In this document: piece after piece, positions 21,846 to 30,109 of the stretch
How positions within the stretch are numbered: the first letter of the stretch is position 1
Layout of the letters: each line of letters begins with the position of its first letter
Origin: Blastocladiella emersonii ATCC 22665
Lineage: Eukaryota > Fungi > Blastocladiomycota
Assembly: GCA_025594325.1 (NCBI GenBank)
Contig: JANHCV010000015.1
Coordinates: 682,001-746,000, forward strand
Direction of reading: 5' to 3'
DNA length: 64,000 nucleotides
Translations under genes and position numbers: made by a program
The notes under the pieces: generated by a model
Databases searched by the model: none
The model's input: the letters and a program-made list of their open reading frames with translations, nothing else
Told to the model about the DNA's origin: nothing

Positions 21846-23789
21846 ATGGTCAAGAATATCTTTAACGTCTCAAGTACTGCGTCTCCGACCGTGTCTACCA
21901 CAGGGGTCCCGGACGTGTCCAAGGCCTACGTTGACGCGGCCATCAGTGCCGTGTACGCCACGGTCGGCGCACCTGTTGCTGGCCCTGGCGTGGCAGTCTC
22001 AGGGACCACTGTCTCGGCCAAGGTCGACAACCAGACCCTTGGCGTGGGCGCAGCAGGGCTCTATGTCAAGTCAGTTGGCACAGCACAGCTGCTCCCGGCC
22101 AGCGTCACGGCTGACAAGGTCGCCACAATTACAGCAGGGCAGGTCACAGGCAAGCTCGTCGATGCTCAGCTGGACACTGTGTCTGCGTCCAAGCTCGTGG
22201 GCGTGCTCAGTGCGTCCAATCTCCCAGCTGTTGGAACCTCGGTCCTGGCAGACGGCTCAGTGACAGATGCCAAGGTTGCGTCTGTGTCTGGGTCCAAGCT
22301 CGTGGCAGGCACAGTCGGGACCTCGGTCCTGGCAGACGGCTCAGTGACTGATGCCAAGGTCGCGTCCGTGTCTGGGTCCAAGCTCGTGGCAGGCACAGTC
22401 GGCACGGCGGCTCTCATTGACCTGGCAGTCACAGATGCCAAGGTCGCGTCCGTGTCTGGGTCCAAGCTCGTTGCAGGGACTATTGGGACGGGAGCCCTGG
22501 CAGACGGTGCCGTATCCAACGCCAAGGTGGCAGCTGGCATCGACAGGTCCAAGCTGGCAGCGGGCACGGTCGGCTCCCTGGTCCTGGCAGACGCGGCCGT
22601 GACCAACGCCAAGCTGGCAACTGGCATTGATGGGGGCAAGCTCAACGTTGGGTCCATTGGAACAGCCCACCTGGCAGCAGGCGCAGTCACAGACGCCAAG
22701 GTTGCAGACGTGTCGGCGGTCAAGCTCACTGGGATCCTTGACCCTGCCCGCATCGCCGACGGGACCCTGACCAACGCCAAGCTGGCATCTGGCATTGACT
22801 CGGCCAAGCTTGCAGGGACCATTGACCTGGCACGACTCCCCGACGTCTCGGCCAAGGTCACGGCGGTGAGCGCAGCCTTGGTCGCTGGCACGCTCCCCCA
22901 GTCCACCCTTGGACTTGGCGCTGCCTTTGCCTTTGCAAATACGACGGACAGCTCAACGTCAAGTACTGGAGCAGTCACCATTGCTGGTGGTCTTGGAGTT
23001 GGCAAGCAACTGACTGTGCCCAACGTCCTGGTCCGGAATGCCACAAGCGCAAACCTTGTCTTTGACTCGGCTGCCAATACATTGACGTACGTCAACTTTA
23101 AGCAGGCAGGCGTACTGCGAAGCAACCTGGCATGCACAGCGGCGGGTAACATTGAGATTGCGTCTGCGACCATGGGCGGGGTCTCCCTCGTGGCAGGTGG
23201 CGGCAATGTGGTTGTGGGCTCAGCGACGCTTGGCACAGAAAGGCTCCGCGTCAATGGCACTGGTCGCTTCACAGGGCAGCTCACCCTTGACCTCGCTCCA
23301 GTGGCAGGCACCGACGCGGCAAACAAGGCGTACGTTGACTCGCGGTCCGGCACGACCCGGTACGTCGCTCAGGCCAAGCACCGCTCTACAAATGGAGTGA
23401 CCACGGGCGGCAAGATCATTGGCGGCACAGCATCAACGGGCCCGGCCACCTTTGTGTTCCAGTCCACGGCGGGCGCGTTCACGTCTGTGATCAATGGATG
23501 TGTCAAACCCCCTGTCAGTGGCTACTACCTCGTCCATGCAAAGGGCTACTACGCAAACGGCGCGCTCCCTGGAGCCCACACTGTGAACTTTGCGCTGTAC
23601 AATATGACGGACATGATTGCAGTGTCGCTTGTCACCAGGTGCCGCGCTGAAGGCAACGTCCAGTTCCTTCAGTTCTCGAGCATTGAGTACCTTGACGTGG
23701 CCAAGAGCTACTCTTTCATCTGGATCCCGTCAGTCGCAGTTGCCAACGACTGCCAGGTCATCATTCAAAGCCACTGGACCCTGCTCTAA
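21846..23789 (+). CDS. Fibre/receptor-binding-like protein, 647 aa
   Basis: ATG at 21846 with CTGTTG-N8-TAAAC. Contains 26-aa shaft repeats (GTSVLADGSVTDAKVASVSGSKLVAGT), the phage-fibre-like motifs SKAYVD and DAANKAYVD, and a C-terminal C1q/TNF-like segment (GCVKPPVSGYYLVHA). Confidence 0.7.
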   Translation: MVKNIFNVSSTASPTVSTTGVPDVSKAYVDAAISAVYATVGAPVAGPGVAVSGTTVSAKVDNQTLGVGAAGLYVKSVGTAQLLPASVTADKVATITAGQVTGKLVDAQLDTVSASKLVGVLSASNLPAVGTSVLADGSVTDAKVASVSGSKLVAGTVGTSVLADGSVTDAKVASVSGSKLVAGTVGTAALIDLAVTDAKVASVSGSKLVAGTIGTGALADGAVSNAKVAAGIDRSKLAAGTVGSLVLADAAVTNAKLATGIDGGKLNVGSIGTAHLAAGAVTDAKVADVSAVKLTGILDPARIADGTLTNAKLASGIDSAKLAGTIDLARLPDVSAKVTAVSAALVAGTLPQSTLGLGAAFAFANTTDSSTSSTGAVTIAGGLGVGKQLTVPNVLVRNATSANLVFDSAANTLTYVNFKQAGVLRSNLACTAAGNIEIASATMGGVSLVAGGGNVVVGSATLGTERLRVNGTGRFTGQLTLDLAPVAGTDAANKAYVDSRSGTTRYVAQAKHRSTNGVTTGGKIIGGTASTGPATFVFQSTAGAFTSVINGCVKPPVSGYYLVHAKGYYANGALPGAHTVNFALYNMTDMIAVSLVTRCRAEGNVQFLQFSSIEYLDVAKSYSFIWIPSVAVANDCQVIIQSHWTLL

Positions 23790-24898
23790 AGCCCGCGGTC
23801 CCACTTTTCTTGGACTTGGACTGGGATGCGCCTGACCCGGGTCGAGGGCTCCCTTGGCGTGACTGGGGTGCGCGCAACAGGGAGCCTTGGAAGACCTGGA
23901 CCTACGCGCTGCCTTGTTGGCGGGTCCTGGGTCGCTGTGACTGGCTGGACGTCGCTGCGTGGATAGAAGCCCTTGAGGCCTTGGACCTTGTAGCTTGGAT
24001 TGCTCACGCCCGACCCCTTGCGCACGACCTGGACCTGGCTCACAGTTGTCGACCAGACCGGCTTCCCCTTGGCCTCCATGGCAGTCTTGTACGGCTCGCG
24101 GACTCGGACCTGGGTCCCTACCTTCAACAACGCGCTCAGAGGGTCGCCCTCGGGCTTGCCCTTGGCAGCTCGGATTGCCTTGAGCTCTTGCTTGGCCGTT
24201 TCGCGGGGCATGTCATGGAACGCGTTGGGTGCCTTGCTTGTGGCCCTCGACTTGCTGCTGTTGATCACAGATTCAATGGTCTCGAGGTGCTTGGGCCAGT
24301 CGTTGTTGCCCGGGATGGACAGCCACGGTGTGAGCATCCAGCGGATGGTCCTGTTCATACGCTCAACGACACCTTGACCGTATGGCACTCCTGCCTTACC
24401 CTTGATGTGCTTGGCCTCGGTCCCGGCCTCTATGCCAAAGAACTCGGTCCCATTGTCCGTCTGGATCGTGGCAGGTGCAAGGCTGTGCTTGGCAACCACG
24501 CTGGACCATGCTTCCCGCGTCTTGTCCTTGGTCTTGATGGGTTGGAGGTAGACGCGGCGGCTCGCCAGGTCAACACACGTGAGAATGTAATGGAAGCCCT
24601 TGTACGTACCGTTTTCGCCCATGTCAATGAGGTCGAGCTGAAAGTTGCGGCCAGGACTTGTTGAGTTGATGCTTCGAATGTCTCGGCGCTTCTGAGGTGC
24701 GCGTTTGTACTGCTGCCACACAGACTGTTCACCGAGCCATCTCTCAAGCTGGGCGCGGTAGATGTGCTTCCCTGTGTGCTCTTGGTCGACAATGTCAAAG
24801 AGACGTCGGATCCCAACCCCAACATGGCCGCGTTTGTAGTACAAGTCTTTCAGGTACTCGGTCTGTTCAGCAGTCAAAGGTTCTTCGTGTGGATACAT
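23786..24898 (-). CDS. Retroviral-type (rve) DDE integrase of polinton class, 370 aa
   Basis: FQLDLIDM (D), YILTCVDLASR, IQTDNGTEF (D), GVVERMNRTI (E, 31 residues after the second D), then a KVGTQVRV...W SH3-like tail. Its stop overlaps the fibre stop. Confidence 0.93.
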   Translation of the reverse strand: MYPHEEPLTAEQTEYLKDLYYKRGHVGVGIRRLFDIVDQEHTGKHIYRAQLERWLGEQSVWQQYKRAPQKRRDIRSINSTSPGRNFQLDLIDMGENGTYKGFHYILTCVDLASRRVYLQPIKTKDKTREAWSSVVAKHSLAPATIQTDNGTEFFGIEAGTEAKHIKGKAGVPYGQGVVERMNRTIRWMLTPWLSIPGNNDWPKHLETIESVINSSKSRATSKAPNAFHDMPRETAKQELKAIRAAKGKPEGDPLSALLKVGTQVRVREPYKTAMEAKGKPVWSTTVSQVQVVRKGSGVSNPSYKVQGLKGFYPRSDVQPVTATQDPPTRQRVGPGLPRLPVARTPVTPREPSTRVRRIPVQVQEKWDRGL

Positions 24899-24919
24899 TT
24901 ACAACAAAGACAACAAAAG

Positions 24920-26089
24920 TTACTCGGGCTTCACACGGTTGGTGTAGTACTTCTCGGACACCTTGGACGTGTGACCCATCTCATGGCAACGCTGCTCACG
25001 CTCCAGCCATGGCACATCGGCACCCTCGGTTGCGACAACACGTTGGACCTTCTGCACGCCGCACTTCTTGTCCATGAGATCCAAAATCGTGCAGTCAATG
25101 GACTTGTTCCAGGTGTTGTGGAGACGCTTGTTGACCTCCTTGCTGGCCAGGTCCTCAATGGTGCAGTTGATGAACACAAAGTCATGGCCCTCTGCCTTGC
25201 GCTTGGCAATGACACACTCCAGGGCGGCTGCCACCTTGGGGTTGGGGATGACGTGTGAGAACTTGTGGCCACGACCCTCGGTCTTGACACAGATTGGACC
25301 TGCCACAGTCTTGGTCTCCGGGTCGTAGTGCGGGTACTTGTTGTTGGGACTTGTGGTCAGGTACGCCATGTTGCTGCGCGTGGCAGTCATGACCTGGAGG
25401 TACACTTGGAGATTGGTCATGGGCCCCTTGCCCTGGAGCGTCGCCCAGTTCTCAGCAGCAACAACAGCAGCCAGGAGGTCGTCACTGCTTGGGAGCGTCC
25501 CTGCCTCTTCAGCATTGCGCTTCTCACGGGCAGTATCAGCGTCCTGCTTCTTGGCCTCCGTGCACTTGGCCCCGAGTTTGGTCCACCCGTTCCAGGTGCA
25601 GTACTTGGCCAGGGCCTTGAGCGTCTCGACCTGCAGTCCCTGGACGTTCTTGGACCCCTTGGTCGCGCGGTAGGTGGCCACGGCCTTGGACACGGCCTCG
25701 ACGTCCTGGATGTCCAGACCTGAGGCGGCAAAGGCAAGGAGCACACAAGCCGTCTTGGCCTTGTCATCGGCGTCCAGCTCGGCCGGCTCCCCGTTCTTGT
25801 TCACCACGGGCGCGTCGACACACGCAGTAATGGACTCTTTGGTCAGCTCAGCAAACTTGACTTGGGGCGGCTCCGGGGTGTCGACTTCCACGGGAGTGAC
25901 TTGCTGATCAGCGCCGTGATCTGGGTCGTGTGACTCGATGGCCTTGAGTCGCGCGTCCAAGTCCTTGAAGCGCTTGTCGATTGACCCAAACACGGGCTGG
26001 AGCTTGTCCATGACTTGCTGCACCACGTCTGCGGCAACATGCTGAGCAAGGGCAACGGCGACCTGGGAGGCAAGAGACTCGAGCGACAT
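24920..26089 (-). CDS. Tyrosine-recombinase superfamily protein (integrase or telomere-resolvase-like), 389 aa
   Basis: Candidate catalytic set in the correct order: R (TATRSN), K (VKTEG), KxxR (QKVQR), H (MGHT) and Y (EKYY, 8-9 residues after H). Confidence 0.7.
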   Translation of the reverse strand: MSLESLASQVAVALAQHVAADVVQQVMDKLQPVFGSIDKRFKDLDARLKAIESHDPDHGADQQVTPVEVDTPEPPQVKFAELTKESITACVDAPVVNKNGEPAELDADDKAKTACVLLAFAASGLDIQDVEAVSKAVATYRATKGSKNVQGLQVETLKALAKYCTWNGWTKLGAKCTEAKKQDADTAREKRNAEEAGTLPSSDDLLAAVVAAENWATLQGKGPMTNLQVYLQVMTATRSNMAYLTTSPNNKYPHYDPETKTVAGPICVKTEGRGHKFSHVIPNPKVAAALECVIAKRKAEGHDFVFINCTIEDLASKEVNKRLHNTWNKSIDCTILDLMDKKCGVQKVQRVVATEGADVPWLEREQRCHEMGHTSKVSEKYYTNRVKPE

Positions 26090-26171
26090 GGTTTACTGAC
26101 TGTCAACAAAAAGGCTCCATGGGCTCAAGTGCGTTTGAACGCAACGTTCTTTTTTCTGGGTAGCTGGGCCT

Positions 26172-26505
26172 GGGTCAGGGTCAGGGTCAGGGTCAGGGTC
26201 AGGGTGGTGGCAAGTCATGGGCCATGCCAACAAGGCACCCCCCCCTCCGACCCTGACCTCCAACCCTGACCTCCAACCCTGACCTCCGACCCTGACCTCA
26301 GACCTGGCGCCCTTGACCTGACCCCCCGACCTGGCGCCCTTGACCTGACCCCCCGACCTGGCACCCTTGACCTGACCGCCCACCTGACCGCCCACCTGAC
26401 CCCCGCCTGACCCCCGCCTGACCGCCCACCTGACCCCCGCCTGACCGCCCACCTGACCCCCGCCTGACCCCCGCCTGACCCCCACCTGACCCCCGCCTGA
26501 CCCCC
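26172..26505. repeat. Strand-asymmetric repeat block: (TCAGGG)5 followed by C-rich CCTGAC arrays with 13-, 27- and 11/12-bp units
   Basis: Read directly. It lies between the divergent YR and TVpol-helicase genes. Confidence 0.92.
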
Positions 26506-26633
26506 ATACCTTTTTGCAGTGACTAACTGCACACGTACCCAGACACGGCCAGCAGCAATAGCAATGATCGCGGCGCTTCAAAAGCACGGCCCCGCCCCCG
26601 CTCCCAGACTGCGTTTTTCCGCATCAAAGTAAA

Positions 26634-28976
26634 ATGCTTTATTCTGTGCTTAACAGTAACTACTCGGCCATGCCCCAGCTGACCAAGATCGCCAAGACCC
26701 TCGACTACACCAAGTCCATGTTCACGGACTTGCGCCAGGTCGTGCTGCATGAGTACTACAACAAGGACGTGCTCGACGGGCTCTGCGCGCGGTACTTGGG
26801 CATCGACGCCGAGGTCAAGAAGAAGCTCAAGGCCTACGCGGCGCTGGCCAAGGCGAGCTACGGCGATGGCAAGGAGACCGTGTACTCGTTCACCACACGG
26901 TCGACCTCGGTCGAGAAGAAGTTTGGCTGACTCTACGCCACGTCGCCGTCGCTCCAGAGCTTCAGCAAGGACCTCATCCGCAGCCCGCTGGCCAAGGGCG
27001 TGCTCCAGGACCTTGACATGAAGGGCGCGGCGCCGTCAATCCTCCGCGGCGTCTGCCAGCACTACAACCTTGGCCACGGCGTCTTTGACCAGTACCTCGC
27101 CAACCGCACGGCCGCGCTGGCCAAGTGGGGGCTCGGGGATAAGCAGGAGTTCCTCTCGATGCTGTTCAACGAGTTTGTCGACCGCGACGCGGTGCACCCC
27201 GAGCTCGCGGCCTTCCACCACATGCTGTACGGTTCGCTGTACAAGCTGATCGAGAAGGACTTTCCGCACGTCGTCAAGGCGTCCAAGCCTCGCGCGGACA
27301 AGACCATGAACAAGGGCTCGGTGCTCTCCAACCTGTTCCAGGCCGTCAAGTCGATCCTCCTGATGCGCGCCATTGACTTTGCCCGCGCCAACGACCTTGT
27401 GCCAAGCGTGCTTGTGTTTGACGGGTTCATGGTCAAGAAGGACGACCGCATCAACGCCAAGCTGCTCGCCAAGATGTCCGCCGACACGCTCAAGTACATG
27501 GGCTTTGAGGTGGAGTGGGACGAGAAGGAGATCACGGTGCCTGAGTCCAAGGACAAGGGCAAGCTCCCCGACTTTTGCGAGGACCCGGCCGCGTTTGTTG
27601 CCGTGCAGCTCGAGCGTGACCCGCACTACGACAACGACTGGATTGGCAAGGTCATCACCCACTACCTCAGCCGCAAGGTGGACGAGGACAAGCAGTCGTG
27701 GAAGGAGGCCGTGATCAAGTACGTGGGCGAGTTTGTCCGCAAGGACCTGGTCGGCGAGATGTACTTTCGCCGCACCGTGACTGACGCCTGGGACACCAAC
27801 GGCAAGGACAACGTGAAGAAGGCGTGCAGCACGGGGGCCATCAAGTACGCTCCACAGGTCAAGGCGCTCATCTTTGACATGCACAAGCCGCAGTGGGGGC
27901 CGTCGCACCAGAACGGCCTTGTGGTTGACTACTTTAACGCGTTCTATGGGTTTGCAGCCACGGACCTTGGCCGCGACATTGAGCCCGAGTCGATTGCCAT
28001 GTACCTCGAGTACATTCGCGACGTGGTCTGCAGCGGCAACGAGGAAGAGTACGCGTATGTCCTCAAGTGGATCCAGTGTCTGCTCACCACGGGCAAGGCC
28101 AATGGCGTGATGCTGCTGCTGACGGGTCTCGAGGGCGTGGGCAAGGGCAAGTTCTACCACCTTCTGGCCCAGTACATTATCGGCCGCAAGAACACGGTGT
28201 CCATCAGCAACGGGCTGACGTGGCTCAAGGGCGAGTTCAACTCGGAGATCGCCCACAAGATGCTCGTGCTGTTCGACGAGATGCCCTCCAGCAAGCCAGC
28301 CAAGCTCAAGAACGCGTTTGACAAGCTCAAGAGCATGGTCACCGAGGACAAGCTCATCGTCAACGAAAAGTACATGAAACGCAAGGAGGTCGAGAACGTC
28401 AACAACTTTATGATCGCGACCAACAACTGCGACGTGCTGCCACTCACCAAGACTGGTCGCCGCGAGTTCGTCCTCAAGATGTCCAACATCAAGTGCCAGG
28501 ACGAGAACTACTTTGGCGAGCTCGACGCGTTTGTCAAGGAGCACGCCGACGAGATCTTTACCTACATCCTCCGCCTCGACCTCTCGCACCTGACGCTGTC
28601 CAAGTTCCCGCGCAACCAGGCCCGCAACGACGCCATCATGGCGGCACTGGAGCCGGTTCCCGCGCTGGCCATGGACATCATGGAGTACGGCGGCTTCCCG
28701 CTCAACCTCCTGGACCACACGCGCCAGGTCGAAGTTGTGCAGGAGCTCGAGGCAGAAGCGTTCTACGAGTTTTACCGCAAGTACGCCGAGAAGCGCTTCC
28801 CTGGCCGCTCGTCCATGTCGCAGACCAAGTTCGGCGAGTACATCAAGCGCGAAGTCAACCCGGCCAACAAGCAGGAGCTCTTCGAGGTGACGCGTCGCAC
28901 CGTGAATCGCCGCAAGCTTCGCATCTACAAGTACCGCGGGCCGTACACAGTTGAGCTGTCCGACGACAAGATGTAA
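26634..28976 (+). pseudogene. TVpol (PolA-like primase-polymerase) fused to a D5-like SF3 helicase; one in-frame TGA at 26928-26930
   Basis: ORFs 26634 and 27000 share a frame. FG*LYATSPSLQSF matches the PolA GRL...P.LQ motif, with QDLDMKGAAPSIL (motif A) and LVFDG (motif C). The helicase has TGLEGVGKG (Walker A), VLFDEM (Walker B) and FMIATNN (motif C). Confidence 0.82.
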
Positions 28977-29054
28977 CGAGTCCAGAGACTCCTTTGTGAA
29001 TACAACTTTGTACCTTTTGTTTACTGTACTCGCAGCGACTGGGTCACGGCAGCC

Positions 29055-30108
29055 TGGACCGGGTTGCCCGCCCTTTGAACCGTTCGCCGTAAGCCATGGA
29101 CCGGGTTCAATGGACCAAGTCGATTGAAATTCGTTTGGGGTAAGCCATGGACCGGGTGGACCGGGTTGAGGGGGTCGATTGACCTTTAGGGATTTGAAAG
29201 GGGGGGAAGAGTGGCACTGGAGCGGTCCCTCCCCCCCTTTTCACTACACTGTTACTTTAAAACAACCCGGTCAACCCGGTCAACCCGGTCCATGGCTTAC
29301 CCCGAGCGAATTTCATGGACCGGGTTGTCTTTGAACCCGGTCCAGTGAGCTCCAACCCGGTCCAGTTCAGGGCGGCCATTGAGAGCCTTCAGGGGCTGGT
29401 CGCCGACCTGGGTCGCTGCTCGCGTTCTTGGACTGACCGCCGACCTCTCGTGGAATTATTCCGAGAGCCTTCAAGGGCCTATTGCCGCGACCAAGTCGCC
29501 GACCAAGTCGTGGGCCGGCTCGTGGAGTGACTCCGTGGTCGCCGACCTGGGTCGCTGCTTGCGTTCTTGGACTGACCGCCGACCTCTCGTGGAATTATTC
29601 CAAGAGCCTTCAAGGGCCTATTGCCGCGACCAAACAGATCGACTTGCAGCTGTGCTCAGGGACCAGACCAGGGAACTCTGTCAGTGGGTAGCCGCAGCTG
29701 CGCTGCTCTTCGTCTCGCTGCGCTTGCCGGCCGCCGCCGACCGCTCGGGGTAAGCAATGGTCAGCCCGAGCGGTTGGTCAGGGACGGGCTCAGGGATCTG
29801 CTCTCGGACTTGTCTCGCAGATCGACTCGCAGATCGACTCGCAGCCGTGTCCACGCGCCGTTCATCTGCACGTGACCCACGTGACCCCGCCCGCCGCCGC
29901 CCTTCTTCGGCCTTCGGCCTCCGCCCGCGTGTTGTGTTCCCTAAGGGAATCCGACATTTGAATCCGACATATTATTAACCACCCGGGGTAAGCAACGGGG
30001 TCTCACGTGGTTACCCCAAGTGACTGCTGCCAACCGCTCGGGGTAAGCAATTGGTCAGCCCGAGTGGCAGTGGGTCAGCCTATGTCGTATCCCTTAATGG
30101 ATACGACA
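29055..30108. repeat. Virus right TIR (1,054 bp)
   Basis: Reverse complement of 14372-15425; ends ...GGATACGACA. Confidence 0.97.
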
Positions 30109-30109
30109 A

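Larger units (their letters stand above)
14372..30108. mobile_element. Endogenous Polinton-like virus (15,737 bp) inserted in the DIRS pol gene
   Basis: 1,054-bp TIRs, TGT...ACA ends and a 5-bp TSD. Encodes MCP, penton, A32-like ATPase, rve integrase, a YR and a TVpol-SF3 helicase. Excision restores the DIRS pol frame (LPLLER|LLGILDPDAC). Confidence 0.92.

Noticed and set aside
22166-23353. 395-aa minus-strand ORF with repeats
   Set aside because: Mirrors the fibre repeats; no upstream motif or independent features.
27036-28718. 560-aa minus-strand ORF
   Set aside because: Shadow of the GC3-biased TVpol-helicase gene.
14372-30108. Canonical Maverick/Polinton call
   Set aside because: No protein-primed PolB or adenain-like protease motif was found, and the TSD is 5 bp with TG...CA ends.
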